Assembly: GCA_047638695.1 (NCBI GenBank)
Contig: JBLINY010000009.1
Location: forward strand, 9,234-73,233
From: Acidimicrobiales bacterium
GTDB taxonomy: Bacteria > Actinomycetota > Acidimicrobiia > Acidimicrobiales > SZUA-35
Reading direction: 5' to 3'
DNA: 64,000 nucleotides
In this document: piece by piece, positions 9,737-19,840 of the stretch
Layout: every line of letters starts with the position of its first letter
Position numbering within the stretch: position 1 is the first letter of the stretch
Notes under the pieces: generated by a model
What the model was told of the DNA's origin: nothing
Database searches by the model: none
Seen by the model: the letters and a program-made list of their open reading frames with translations, nothing else
Program-made: the position numbers and the translations under genes

Positions 9737-10786
9737 GTGCGCTACCTCCAGCTGATCGATTCTTCCGGCAACCTCCAACTCGTGGACATCGACACCGAGG
9801 TCCGTATGGCAATCGGCGAGCCCCTCGACCCGGAGGGTGACGCCAACGTCATTGCTGGCACCTGGTCCTTCGAGGGCCAATGGACGGCGTGGTCGATTGA
9901 TTCTCCCGACATGGATGGCGCTCGCCAGATCCGGCTGCACGACGAGCACACGGATTCTGCTGCAGTGCTGGCCGAGGCGGTTACTGCGTTCTATATGTGT
10001 CCCAGCCCCGACGGAAGGTTCTTGAGTCACCTGTCGCCAGGCCCGCTCGGGCTCGAGCTGGCGGTCACCGAGATTGTCTCGGGAGATACGCGGATCATCG
10101 AGCGGGGCCAACCGATGTTCTGGTCGTGGTCGCCTGACGCCACTCAGCTAGCGGTTCACGTTGGCTCGAGGGTGTTGATCGCCGGGATTGACGGCAGCCA
10201 GCCCCATCCGCTCAGCCTCGATGCCGATCCGTTCATCACCCCGTGCTGGTTACCGGGCGGATCGGTGGCGTATGCCGCTGCCGGCGGCATTGTCAGCAGC
10301 GGGCTCGATACCTCCGTCACGACGTTGATCGAGCGAACCTCAGGCCGGTTCAGTATCGATCCTGACGGTCGACGCTTGGCACACCTGACCGTTGTCGATA
10401 ACCGCGCGGCTCTTGTCGTGCATGATCTGTTGACCGGCGAAACCTCGGAGATAACAAGTGAACCCGTCGGGGCCTTCTTCTGGTCGACCCAGGGGCAGCT
10501 GGCGGCCCTCGTCGCCGCAGCCGCCGACCATGTTCGTTGGCTCGTTGCCGACGGGGCCGAGGTGGTGGCCTTGCCCCCCTTTCGCCCCGGCGCCATGTGG
10601 AGCCAAACGGTGCTCTCGTTCTTCGAGCAATACGCCCAGAGCCACGCGTGCTGGTCGCCCGACGGCAAGCACCTGGTGGCACCCGCGGTTGATGAACAAG
10701 GTCACGCCGGAGCATGGGTTCACGAGGTCGCAAGACCCCACCAGGCTCAGTGGGTGCCCGACGGTGTCATGGTGTGGTGGGCCTGA
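9737..10786 (+). CDS. PD40/TolB-like beta-propeller repeat protein
   Basis: 349-aa ORF (GTG start) with repeated W-S-P-D-G type blades (WSWSPDATQLA, CWSPDGKHLV, PSPDGRFLSH). Confidence 0.6.
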   Translation: MRYLQLIDSSGNLQLVDIDTEVRMAIGEPLDPEGDANVIAGTWSFEGQWTAWSIDSPDMDGARQIRLHDEHTDSAAVLAEAVTAFYMCPSPDGRFLSHLSPGPLGLELAVTEIVSGDTRIIERGQPMFWSWSPDATQLAVHVGSRVLIAGIDGSQPHPLSLDADPFITPCWLPGGSVAYAAAGGIVSSGLDTSVTTLIERTSGRFSIDPDGRRLAHLTVVDNRAALVVHDLLTGETSEITSEPVGAFFWSTQGQLAALVAAAADHVRWLVADGAEVVALPPFRPGAMWSQTVLSFFEQYAQSHACWSPDGKHLVAPAVDEQGHAGAWVHEVARPHQAQWVPDGVMVWWA

Positions 10787-10856
10787 CTGTGTGGTGGGCC
10801 TGACTGTGTGGTGGGCCTGACTGTGTGGTGGGCCTGACTGTGTGGTGGGCCTGACC
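10772..10856. repeat. Perfect 17-bp tandem repeat x5 (GTGTGGTGGGCCTGACT) starting inside the last codons of ORF 9737..10786
   Basis: Copies at 10772, 10789, 10806, 10823 and 10840; the last has 1 mismatch. Each copy contains TGA (10784, 10801, 10818, 10835, 10852). The first is the gene stop, and period 17 puts the stops in all three frames. Confidence 0.95.
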
Positions 10857-10885
10857 GGCAGAACGGCCCGACTAGCGTCTCCAAC

Positions 10886-11020
10886 ATGGCCGGTCATCAC
10901 ACGGAACCGATCGATCCGCTCGAACGCCTGGCGGTCGTCTTGCTCTGCGTCATTGGCTTTCTGGCGATCTTGGCGTTGGGTTTCCTGGTGCTCGACCGCT
11001 CCGGCTTCATTCGGGCCTGA
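10886..11020 (+). CDS. Possible 44-aa single-pass membrane peptide
   Basis: My own translation: MAGHHTEPIDPLERLAVVLLCVIGFLAILALGFLVLDRSGFIRA*. One clear hydrophobic helix. No obvious SD. Too short for the supplied ORF track. Confidence 0.3.
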   Translation: MAGHHTEPIDPLERLAVVLLCVIGFLAILALGFLVLDRSGFIRA

Positions 11021-12679
11021 TCAGCCGCCAGCCATGGCTGCCTGGCTGCAATAGCAGGAGGCGTTGACCTCGACTTCGGAGCGGGCGAGGGCCAGATCGA
11101 GCTGTTGTTTGACGAGGCGGCATTCGGCTTCTTCGCCGCGCTGGCTGAGACACTGGTGTAGTCCATGGAGGCTCCACAAGTTGTTGGGGTGCTGGCTGGC
11201 CCGACTGAGCGTGGCATCCAGCCCAAGGTCAGAGCGGTAGACGGCTTCGGCCTCCTCATATCGTTCCTGCTCGAGCAGTAGCGCACCGAGGGCATGGCGA
11301 GTTGGTTGCATCCAACCCCAGGGCTCGTCGTAGAGCAGGTTGTCCTCGATCTCGACCGCCTTCCGCAGATGACCGAACGCGGTCTCGAAGTTGCCTCGCC
11401 GATACTCGAGCTCGCCGTTGAGCATGGCCTCAGCGACCTCAAGAACGTCCACCACCGTGTTGTTGTGCACCCTTCGCGTTTCGGGCACAGCAGCCTTGGC
11501 CTCGAGGAAGGCAGCCTTCTCGGCCTCGGCTTCGGGAACGTTCCCGAGAGCGGAGTGGGCGACGGCCTTGGCGTAGCGCATCAACGCGGTTGTGGCCGAG
11601 TAGAGCTCGGGGTCATCAGGGAGATCCTGGTCGATGATCTCCTGCCACCGTCCGAAGCGAACCAACACGTGTTGCTTCATGCCAATGAACGCTTCGGCCG
11701 CATCGGCGAACGGCGGTGATTCGATACGGAGGAAGTCCTCGGGAATGGTATCGATGAGCTCCTGGGCAGCCTCCATAGCGGCGGTGTATCGGCCCATGAA
11801 CATGGCCCCGTAGATGACGAAGTGGTGGTTGTGATTCCGATACAGGGTGTAGATGTTGTAGACCCCCTCACGTTCGACCCATCGCCGGTCGGCCTCAACC
11901 GCCTTCTGGTTATACACAACCACGTCGTTGTAGTTGCCGCACAACACGTCGAGGTGCGTGGGCATGTGAATGAGGTGGCCACTATCGGGCACCATCTGAC
12001 GCAGCCGATCTCCGGCTCGCAGCGCCAGCTCGGGGAATGGCGACATCTCCATGAGGTGCACGTAGAGGTGGAGAAGGCCTGGGTGTTCCCACGTCGATGG
12101 CATGGTGGCGAACGCATGCTCGAGCACCTCGCGAGCCTCGACCGTGCCGGCCCCGTCGGCGACGCCGCCCGTCTTCAAGTTCCACATCTGCCAGGGAGTC
12201 TCGTTGAGAATGGCATCGACAAAAACAGCTGCGATGTCGCGATCCTCGGGGTGGGCCTGCTGCACGGTGCGCATGGCGTTGGTGAACGCCTTGTTCCACG
12301 GCATTTGATCTTCGATGGGATCGGCCTGCGGGTAGCGCGATTCGAGCGCTTCAATCAGCGCCACTTCACCGGCAGTGCAACCATCGAGGTTGGCCAGCGC
12401 CAAGCTCATCGCACCATGGGCGCCACCAAGTAGCTTCGACTTGGTGAGCCGGTCCATCAGGTGCCACGGCATGTTGTAGTTGGGCCCGAGGGCAATGGCT
12501 TTGCCCCAGTACGCCATGGCACAAGTCGCGTCGGCCTCGGTCGCGTTCTCGAAACAGCTGATTGCCTCAGCGTGATTGAACGCGTACAACCAATTTAGGC
12601 CGCGCTCGAACCACAGCTGAGTGTCGGGCGAGGTTGTCGTGATCGTGCGCGAGTAGTGGCCGAGATCGTAGTAATCCAC
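11021..12679 (-). CDS. Tetratricopeptide-repeat protein of unknown function
   Basis: 552-aa ORF. N-terminus YSRTITTTSPDTQLWFERGLNWLYAFNHAEAISCFENA...CAMAYWGKAIALGPNYN is typical of a widespread TPR family. Lies 9 nt downstream of the BVMO gene. Confidence 0.75.
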   Translation of the reverse strand: MDYYDLGHYSRTITTTSPDTQLWFERGLNWLYAFNHAEAISCFENATEADATCAMAYWGKAIALGPNYNMPWHLMDRLTKSKLLGGAHGAMSLALANLDGCTAGEVALIEALESRYPQADPIEDQMPWNKAFTNAMRTVQQAHPEDRDIAAVFVDAILNETPWQMWNLKTGGVADGAGTVEAREVLEHAFATMPSTWEHPGLLHLYVHLMEMSPFPELALRAGDRLRQMVPDSGHLIHMPTHLDVLCGNYNDVVVYNQKAVEADRRWVEREGVYNIYTLYRNHNHHFVIYGAMFMGRYTAAMEAAQELIDTIPEDFLRIESPPFADAAEAFIGMKQHVLVRFGRWQEIIDQDLPDDPELYSATTALMRYAKAVAHSALGNVPEAEAEKAAFLEAKAAVPETRRVHNNTVVDVLEVAEAMLNGELEYRRGNFETAFGHLRKAVEIEDNLLYDEPWGWMQPTRHALGALLLEQERYEEAEAVYRSDLGLDATLSRASQHPNNLWSLHGLHQCLSQRGEEAECRLVKQQLDLALARSEVEVNASCYCSQAAMAGG

Positions 12680-12688
12680 CCCGTAGGT

Positions 12689-14323
12689 TTACACCTGCGC
12701 CGGCGCCTTTGCCGAGGTAAAGGCAAACCCTTCGTAGTCGTTGGCGACAACGTCGTCGCATCGTTCGCGGTAGGCGCCCACTCCGCCGCAGTACGGCATG
12801 AACACCCGAGGCTTGCCAGGTATGTTGGCCCCCAGATACCACGAGTTGGCGTGCATCAGAAGACTGGGCTTGGCCAACTCGTTCACGTGGTCGACCCAGG
12901 CGGTCTCGGCATCGGGTTCTGCCTCGATGAGTTCGAGGTCGTTCGATCGAAGGTGCATGACGATGTCGCTAATGAGCTCCACATGCTGCTCGATCGAAAT
13001 GGGCATGTTGCTGAGGACCGAAGGTGACCCGGGGCCGGTGATCATGAACATGTTCGGGAAGCCAGCTGCGGTGAGCCCCAAGTAGGTGAGCGGGCCCGCA
13101 GCCCACTTGTCCTTCAGCTTCTCGTCGTTACGTCCACGAATGTCGATGCGATTGAACGAACCGGTCATGGCATCGAAGCCGGTGGCGTAGACGATGATGT
13201 CGAACTCGTGGTGGGTCTCGCCCGCCTGGATACCGGTTTCGGTGATCTCGAGGATCGGATGTTTGTTGATATCGATGAGGTCGACGTTCGGTCGGTTGTA
13301 GGTGTCGAAGTAGTTGGTGTCGATCAGTACTCGCTTCGAACCGAACGGGTGATCGAGCGGCACCAGCTTCTCGGCCATCTCAGGATCTTTCACCGTCTCG
13401 CGGATCTTGTTCCTGATGAATTCGCCGGCGTACTCGGCCGACTCGAGCTTCGTCCGTAAGTCGGAGAACGAGTTGAACATGAACTTGAAGCCGCCGGCTT
13501 CCCACCCCTTTTCGAAGATCCGCTGGCGCTCTTCCTCTTCGAAATCGAGCGCCGAGCGGTCGACGACGTCGTAGGGGAAGCCGCCAATCGACTTTCGGGC
13601 CTTGTCGTAGATGGCGTCGTATTCCTTCTTGATCTCGTCGAGAACAGCCTTGTCAACGTTTCCATGTCGCGCAGGGATGGCGTACTGGGGTGTGCGTTGG
13701 AAGACGGTGAGGTGGTCGGCCTGGGCGGCGATGACCGGAATCGACTGCACGCCGCTGGAGCCGGTTCCAATAACGGCCACCCGCTTGCCGGCAAAGTCGA
13801 CACCCTCATGGGGCCACGCTCCGGTGTGGTAGGACTCACCCCCGTAGGTGTCGCGGCCCTTGAAGTCAGGAATTTGGCCCGTCGACAGGCAACCGATACC
13901 GGTAATCAGATACCGGGCGCTGTAGCGCTCGCCGGCATCAGTCTCGACGTCCCATCGTTCGGTCGTCTCGTTGAAGTGAGCCTTCAGCACCTTGGTGTTG
14001 AACGAGATATTGCGTCGCAGGTCGAAGCGATCGGCAACGTGATTGAGGTAGCTGAGAATCTCCGGCTGCTCGGGGTACTTCCCGCTCCACTCCCATTCCT
14101 GCATCAATTTCTCGTCGAAGCCGAAGCAGTACATGTAGGACTCGGAGTCGCAGCGAGCTCCGGGGTAACGGTTCCAATACCAGGTACCGCCGACGCCGGT
14201 CCCGGCCTCGATGACCTGCACATCGAGACCTTGCGTCTCGCGAAGGCGGTAGTTCATGAACAAGCCGGAGAACCCGGCCCCAATAACTACTGCGTCGAGC
14301 TCTCGTACCTTCAGCTCAGCCAT
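12689..14323 (-). CDS. Baeyer-Villiger (type I flavin, NADPH-dependent) monooxygenase
   Basis: 544-aa ORF. FAD GxGxxG (VIGAGFSGL), GGTWYWNRYPGARCD, BVMO fingerprint region (FKGRDTYGGESYHTGAWP), second Rossmann motif (VIGTGSSG). Confidence 0.9.
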   Translation of the reverse strand: MAELKVRELDAVVIGAGFSGLFMNYRLRETQGLDVQVIEAGTGVGGTWYWNRYPGARCDSESYMYCFGFDEKLMQEWEWSGKYPEQPEILSYLNHVADRFDLRRNISFNTKVLKAHFNETTERWDVETDAGERYSARYLITGIGCLSTGQIPDFKGRDTYGGESYHTGAWPHEGVDFAGKRVAVIGTGSSGVQSIPVIAAQADHLTVFQRTPQYAIPARHGNVDKAVLDEIKKEYDAIYDKARKSIGGFPYDVVDRSALDFEEEERQRIFEKGWEAGGFKFMFNSFSDLRTKLESAEYAGEFIRNKIRETVKDPEMAEKLVPLDHPFGSKRVLIDTNYFDTYNRPNVDLIDINKHPILEITETGIQAGETHHEFDIIVYATGFDAMTGSFNRIDIRGRNDEKLKDKWAAGPLTYLGLTAAGFPNMFMITGPGSPSVLSNMPISIEQHVELISDIVMHLRSNDLELIEAEPDAETAWVDHVNELAKPSLLMHANSWYLGANIPGKPRVFMPYCGGVGAYRERCDDVVANDYEGFAFTSAKAPAQV

Positions 14324-14436
14324 CTAAAAGCTCCCTAGCCAGACCGTGTTTTGGACATCCCCCGATGGGCAAGGCCGGCAACTACGAAGAATACGGCATC
14401 CAAGCCGGTCAGAGCGACCTCCCGTGGCAAATCCAC

Positions 14437-15453
14437 TCAGAGGCGCGAACGCCAGGGGCTGCCTTCTTTGGGATACGGGTACTGCAGGTAGTACTCAGAC
14501 TTCATTCGAACATGCTCGGCTGCTCGCTCGAAGGCGGCCACCACCGTTTCGGGCAACGGCCCGCCGGTGGCTGCCGCCATGATGGGCTCCAACTGCTCGA
14601 TTCGGGATACCCCGACCAAGATTGCATCTCCCAGCGAGCCGTCGGCCGCTGAGTGATTTTGGGTCCAGCGCACGGCGGCTTCGAGCGTTGTCATGTTGGC
14701 CGCGTCGGCCGCTTGGGTTATCTCATCCAGCGCGGCGAACATCTCGTCGTGCTGCAAGTAGCGCTCCTCGTACTGCTTGACCCGGCGAGACTGAGCGAAG
14801 CGATCGACCCCTTTCACCGGGGCGACTCCCTTTTTGTACTTTCCGGTGAGGAATCCGCTGGCTAGGGAGCCGTGGGTGTAATAGCGAATGCCGTAGTTAC
14901 GTAGCACGGGCACCAGCTCGTATTCGGCTGTGCGGTTGAGAGCGTTGTACACACCCTGGTAGACGGTGGGCATGACGTAGCCCTTGCGATGGCAATACTG
15001 CGCGATCTCGACCACCTGCCAGGCCGGGAAGTTGGATAGTCCGAACTCGTCAAGTTGGCCGGCGGCGTGGCACTGGTCGATCTCGGCCAGGGTGTCCTCG
15101 AGCGGATACTCGATAGACGGCATGTGCAGGTAGTAAATCGCGACGGAGTCTCGCTTGAGTGCAGTGAGCGTCTGCTCCATCTGGGCGACCGGTCCGCCCG
15201 GGAGGCTCGGATGGTACTTCGTGCCGATCCGCATGCCTTGGCCAGCCGGAACTCGACCAATGACGGCCTCACAATTGCCGTTCTGGTAGACCCGGGAGGT
15301 GTCGAGTTCCTCGCCTCCGAGCCGGGCAAACGCAGCCATGAGGTTGTCGCACGACTCGTCGCTCGAGAGCGGATGATCGCGAGTTGTCTCTTTGGGCTTA
15401 CCAAACGCGACGGCACCCAGCACGACGGGCGCCGGAGTAGTTCGAGTGATCAT
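14437..15453 (-). CDS. Aldo/keto reductase (aflatoxin-aldehyde-reductase-like)
   Basis: 338-aa ORF with AKR-typical segments (LDTSRVYQNG, IYYLHMPS, FGLSNFPAWQV). Upstream of the BVMO on the same strand. Confidence 0.85.
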   Translation of the reverse strand: MITRTTPAPVVLGAVAFGKPKETTRDHPLSSDESCDNLMAAFARLGGEELDTSRVYQNGNCEAVIGRVPAGQGMRIGTKYHPSLPGGPVAQMEQTLTALKRDSVAIYYLHMPSIEYPLEDTLAEIDQCHAAGQLDEFGLSNFPAWQVVEIAQYCHRKGYVMPTVYQGVYNALNRTAEYELVPVLRNYGIRYYTHGSLASGFLTGKYKKGVAPVKGVDRFAQSRRVKQYEERYLQHDEMFAALDEITQAADAANMTTLEAAVRWTQNHSAADGSLGDAILVGVSRIEQLEPIMAAATGGPLPETVVAAFERAAEHVRMKSEYYLQYPYPKEGSPWRSRL

Positions 15454-15558
15454 GAAGATGAAGGTAGTTCACGGGAAGCGCGGCGGCCCTTGCCCGTATT
15501 TTGGTGATCTCGGCCGGTTGATCTGACGCTACGCAGACAGCGCCGTACCATCCGCACT

Positions 15559-16737
15559 GTGATGCCAATACTGACCAGCAAAGAATCCGAGTTGGTCGCC
15601 GCGGCCGAGGGTCTTCATCAAGAGCTGATCGAACGAGGCAATGAGATCGACGAGCTGAGACAGCTGCCGCAGGACATTGCCGAGCGGATGGCCGAGCTTG
15701 GATTCTACCGTCTTCTGGTGCCGGCCGAGCTGGGCGGCCTCGAAGCCAGTCCGGCTGCCTTCTGTCGTATCTCCGAGGTGCTGGCGCAAGCCAACGGCTC
15801 GACGGCGTGGTGCATGTTCATCGGAACCACATCGCAGTATTTGTTCGGAGCGCTCGAGTCGAGCCTGTTGGCCAAGATGTTGGAGAACCCCAACGTGATC
15901 ACGAGTGGTGTGTTCGCCGACAGCGGAACTGCGTTAGCTGCGGTGCGTGATGGCGAACCGGGGTATGTGATCAACGGCCATTGGTCGTGGGGTTCCGGTT
16001 GTCACAATGCCGCCTGGATCTCGGGAGGAGTGCATGAGGTCGACGCTGATGGCGAGCCGGTCAATCGTGCTGATCCGGTCACGCGGGTCTTCTTTCAGCC
16101 CGACGAGATCGAGATAATGGACAACTGGCACGTGTCAGGTCTTCGGGGTAGTGGCTCGAGCGACTACGCGGCCGCCGAGGTTTGGGTGCCGGCCGAGCGC
16201 ATGGCGACATCGGTTGACAACAAGGCCCATAGCGACCGGCCCATCTACCGTTTCCCTCGCTTTGGTGTGCTGGGCATTCCGATCGGCGCTATCGCCATGG
16301 GAATGGCGCGGGCCAGCATCGACGAGGTGATGCGAGTAGCGAGCGAGAAAACGCCTATGGGAAGCCGTCGCACCCTGGCCATGCGGCCGTCGTTGCATTC
16401 AGCGATCGCTGTTGCCGATACCGAGCTGTCGGCGGCCCGTGCCTGGTTTTACCAGACGGTCGAAGCCGCGTGGGCCCACGCCCAGGAGGCACCAGAGACA
16501 CTCGATCATCGACGGGCCATTCGCACTGCCAATGTGCATGCGGTGAAAACAGCCGTGCGGGTGATCGACACTATGTACACCTCTGTGGGTGGCACATCGG
16601 TGTATGAAACATCGTGCCTGCAGCGCCATTTCCGCGATGTGCACGTCGCTACCCAACACATGATGGTGTCGGACTCGGTAATGGAAGTGTCCGGCCGCAT
16701 CATGCTGGGGCTCGACGACAAAGGATTTGGTATCTAG
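15559..16737 (+). CDS. Acyl-CoA dehydrogenase-fold flavoprotein (HsaA/type-2 ACAD-like, possibly a monooxygenase)
   Basis: 392-aa ORF (GTG 15559 or ATG 15562). ACAD-fold N, middle and C regions (GFYRLLVPAELGGLE ... GHWSWGSGCHNA ... QHFRDVHVATQH). Confidence 0.8.
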   Translation: MMPILTSKESELVAAAEGLHQELIERGNEIDELRQLPQDIAERMAELGFYRLLVPAELGGLEASPAAFCRISEVLAQANGSTAWCMFIGTTSQYLFGALESSLLAKMLENPNVITSGVFADSGTALAAVRDGEPGYVINGHWSWGSGCHNAAWISGGVHEVDADGEPVNRADPVTRVFFQPDEIEIMDNWHVSGLRGSGSSDYAAAEVWVPAERMATSVDNKAHSDRPIYRFPRFGVLGIPIGAIAMGMARASIDEVMRVASEKTPMGSRRTLAMRPSLHSAIAVADTELSAARAWFYQTVEAAWAHAQEAPETLDHRRAIRTANVHAVKTAVRVIDTMYTSVGGTSVYETSCLQRHFRDVHVATQHMMVSDSVMEVSGRIMLGLDDKGFGI

Positions 16738-16768
16738 CGATCTCCCCAGGCGTTCGTATGCTCAGGGC

Positions 16769-17929
16769 ATGTCGCTTGCAGGTGTTTCGGTCGTCGAGTT
16801 TTGCGAGGTGGCCGCAGGGCCCTACTGCGCCATGCTTTTGGCTGACCAGGGGGCTGATGTGGTCAAGGTCGAGAAACCGGATGGCGATGCAATGCGATCC
16901 TGGCCTCCGCTCACCCCGACCAATGACGGCGCCGACGACGGCTACAGCGAAAACTTTGCGTCGGTAAACCGAAGCAAGCGTTCGGTTGTGCTCGACATGA
17001 AGACCGAACCGGGATTGGCTGCGGCCAAAGCCCTCATCGCTCGGGCCGATGTGGTGATCGAGAATTACCGACCTGGAGTGATGGCAAAGCTGGGTATCGA
17101 CTACGAAGCCATGTCGGCGGTGAACCCGGGGGTGACCTACTGCTCAATTTCCGCCTTCGGTCAGGAAGGGCCGCGGGCGACCGAGGGTGGTTTCGACCTC
17201 ACGATGCAGGCCATGGCCGGTGTCATGAGCGTCACTGGCGAACCCGGAGGAGCTCCGGTGAAGTGCGGCGTTCCCTTGTGCGACTTTGTGGCGGGACTGT
17301 ATGGCGCGTTCGGAATCGCGTCGGCGTTACGGGAACGGGAGCAGACGGGCAAAGGCCAGCACATTGATGTCTCGATGCTGGGGACGACCTTGGCCATCGG
17401 TGCCCTCCAGACCAGCGAATTCTTCGGCACCGGAGCCGACCCGCGTAAGCTCGGATCAGCTCACCCTCGCAACGCCCCCTACCAAGCCTTTCGCTCCGCC
17501 GATGGCCACTTTGGCATGGCTGCTGGCAACAACAGCCTTTGGGAGCGAGTTTGTGAGGTCGTTGCCCTGCCCGAACTGGTCGGAGACCAGCGCTACCTGA
17601 CGCCGGCGCTGCGCGCTGGCAACCAAGATGGCCTCCGCGAAACCCTCGAGGCCGTGTTCACGACACAATCCTCGTCCCACTGGCTGACGGCGTTCGCTGC
17701 AGTCGGCGTGCCGTCGAGCCCAATCAACTCGTACTCCGACGCGCTCGCCGACCCACAGGTTGAGCACATGGGTTGGGTACGCGACATGACCTTGCCGAAC
17801 GGGGTGCAGACCGAAACGTTCGGTCCTGCCCTACGCGTCAACGGCCAGTCGCTACCGATTCAGTTCGGCCCACCGCTGCTGGGCCAACATACTGACGAGG
17901 TTCTGGCTGAACTAGGCCTCTCGCTCTAA
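16769..17929 (+). CDS. Family III (CaiB/BaiF) CoA-transferase
   Basis: In-frame ATG 16769 within ORF 16727..17929. GVSVVEFCEVAAGPYCAMLLADQGADVVKVEKP, VVIENYRPG, GFDLTMQAMAG. Confidence 0.85.
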   Translation: MSLAGVSVVEFCEVAAGPYCAMLLADQGADVVKVEKPDGDAMRSWPPLTPTNDGADDGYSENFASVNRSKRSVVLDMKTEPGLAAAKALIARADVVIENYRPGVMAKLGIDYEAMSAVNPGVTYCSISAFGQEGPRATEGGFDLTMQAMAGVMSVTGEPGGAPVKCGVPLCDFVAGLYGAFGIASALREREQTGKGQHIDVSMLGTTLAIGALQTSEFFGTGADPRKLGSAHPRNAPYQAFRSADGHFGMAAGNNSLWERVCEVVALPELVGDQRYLTPALRAGNQDGLRETLEAVFTTQSSSHWLTAFAAVGVPSSPINSYSDALADPQVEHMGWVRDMTLPNGVQTETFGPALRVNGQSLPIQFGPPLLGQHTDEVLAELGLSL

Positions 17930-17942
17930 CCCGGTGACCTGC

Positions 17943-18000
17943 GGAATCTCAGCCTCTTGGAATATCAGCCGTGTCGAATATCAGACTCGTGAACTCTCAG
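17943..18000. repeat. Degenerate ~16-bp tandem repeat x3.6 (GGAATaTCAGcc....) between convergent genes, ending on the stop codon of the minus-strand dehydratase gene
   Basis: Core GAAT(C/A)TCAG at 17944, 17960 and 17976, and GAACTCTCAG at 17991. On the minus strand TGA recurs at 17999, 17983, 17967 and 17951 (offsets 16, 32, 48), covering all three frames. Confidence 0.8.
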
Positions 18001-19790
18001 TGGTTATTACGGGGCAGGCCTTTGGTGCGGGCAATATCTTGATAGGCGACCGCTGGCTTGAGCACCATGCCTTCGTCGAATTGCGAGACGATGCCGCGCT
18101 GAATCTCCTGCCACGGTGTTTGGCTATCGGGGTAGGCGAAGCCACCGGCAGCTTCGAGCTCGGCCGCTCGACGGGCTAGCTCGTCGTCGGCCACCAACAT
18201 ATTGGCGGTACCGGCACGAAGATCGATGCGGATGCGGTCACCCGTCTGGAGGAGGGCCAGCCCGCCCCCGGCCGCGGCCTCAGGGGAAGCATTCAGGATC
18301 GAGGGTGATCCGGACGTACCCGACTGCCTGCCGTCGCCGATGCAGGGAAGTGAGTGCACACCCCTGACCAGCAACGCTGCAGGGGGCTGCATGTTCACCA
18401 CTTCAGCTCCGCCCGGGTAGCCGATTGGGCCAGCGCCGCGAACAATCAGCATGGCGTCTTCGTCGATCCCCAGTTCGGGGTCTTCGATGCGGTGGTGATA
18501 GTCCTCGGGGCCGTCGAAAACAAAGGCGGTGCCTTCCCAAGCGTCGGGGCTGTCGGGATTCGACAGATACCGCTGACGGAACTCTTCGGAGATGACGCTG
18601 GTCTTCATGATGGCGCTGTCGAAAAGGTTGCCGGTGAGGTGAACGAAGCCCGCGGTCTCGGCGATGGCGTTGTCGACCGAACGAATGACGTCGGTGTCTT
18701 CGATGGGTGCGTCGCCGCAGTTCTCGCCGATGGACTGTCCGTTCACCGTGCCGGCTTCGGGGTGGGGGAGCAGGCCATTGCGCATCAACTCGCCAACAAC
18801 GCCGGGCACACCGCCTGCGTGGTGGTAGTCCTCGCCCAGGTACTCACCGGCTGGCTGAAGATTCACCAACAGGGGGATTCGGTGGCCGAGGGCCTGCCAG
18901 TCATCGTTGTCGAGCGGAACATCCAGGTGGCGGGCAATGGCGTTGAGGTGGATCGGGGCATTCGTCGAACCACCGATGGCCGAGTTGACGACGATGGCGT
19001 TCTCGAATGCCTCGCGGGTCATGACATCAGATGGTCGGAGGTCTTCGTGAACCATTTCGACAATGCGCTTGCCCGTCTCGTACGCCATCTGCGCCCGCTC
19101 GCGGTACGGCGCTGGGATTGAGGCTGAACCGGGCAGCTGCATACCGAGGGCCTCGGCTAGTGAGTTCATGGTGGTCGCGGTACCCATCGTGTTGCAGTAG
19201 CCGGTGCTCGGAGCGGACGAGGCAACGAGGTCGAGAAAACCCTCGTCATCGATCTCGCCCGATGCCCGCATCTCGCGGGCCTTCCACACGATTGTGCCCG
19301 AACCGGTGCGCTCGCCTTTGTGCCAACCATTCAGCATTGGACCAACCGATAGGGCAATGGCGGGAAGGTTCACCGTCGCGGCCGCCATCAGGCACGCCGG
19401 GGTGGTCTTGTCACAGCCGATGGTGAGAACGACGCCATCGAGTGGGTAACCGTGGAGCAGTTCGACCAAACCGAGGTACGCCAGGTTGCGGTCGAGCGAC
19501 GCTGTTGGGCGTTTGCCAGTCTCCTGAATGGGGTGTACCGGAAACTCGAAGCAAAGTCCGCCTGCTTCCCGGATGCCTTCGCGCACGCGCTTGGCCAGCT
19601 CGAGATGGTGCCGGTTACAAGGCGAAAGGTCGGATCCAGTTTGGGCGATGCCGATTATTGGCTTGCCCGACTGCAACTCGGCACGGGTGAGCCCATAGTT
19701 GAGGTAGCGCTCGAGATAGAGGGCCGTCATTCCCGGGTCGGCTGGGTCGTTGAACCACGCTTCTGATCGCATGGCCAGCACCTTAGCCAC
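17997..19790 (-). CDS. IlvD/Edd-family dehydratase (dihydroxy-acid or sugar-acid dehydratase)
   Basis: 597-aa [38 protein letters not shown] and a C-terminal [17 protein letters not shown]-type segment. Confidence 0.9.
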   Translation of the reverse strand: MAKVLAMRSEAWFNDPADPGMTALYLERYLNYGLTRAELQSGKPIIGIAQTGSDLSPCNRHHLELAKRVREGIREAGGLCFEFPVHPIQETGKRPTASLDRNLAYLGLVELLHGYPLDGVVLTIGCDKTTPACLMAAATVNLPAIALSVGPMLNGWHKGERTGSGTIVWKAREMRASGEIDDEGFLDLVASSAPSTGYCNTMGTATTMNSLAEALGMQLPGSASIPAPYRERAQMAYETGKRIVEMVHEDLRPSDVMTREAFENAIVVNSAIGGSTNAPIHLNAIARHLDVPLDNDDWQALGHRIPLLVNLQPAGEYLGEDYHHAGGVPGVVGELMRNGLLPHPEAGTVNGQSIGENCGDAPIEDTDVIRSVDNAIAETAGFVHLTGNLFDSAIMKTSVISEEFRQRYLSNPDSPDAWEGTAFVFDGPEDYHHRIEDPELGIDEDAMLIVRGAGPIGYPGGAEVVNMQPPAALLVRGVHSLPCIGDGRQSGTSGSPSILNASPEAAAGGGLALLQTGDRIRIDLRAGTANMLVADDELARRAAELEAAGGFAYPDSQTPWQEIQRGIVSQFDEGMVLKPAVAYQDIARTKGLPRNNH

Positions 19791-19840
19791 CCTTGGAAAA
19801 CCGGCCCTGGAACAAGGGCACGGAAATATAGAGTCTCCAC

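Noticed and set aside
10772-10856. Whether the tandem arrays (10772, 47165, 58512, 63731 and others) could be CRISPR arrays.
   Set aside because: The units are directly abutting with no spacers. They are only 9-19 bp long and are not palindromic. No cas genes are present in the window.
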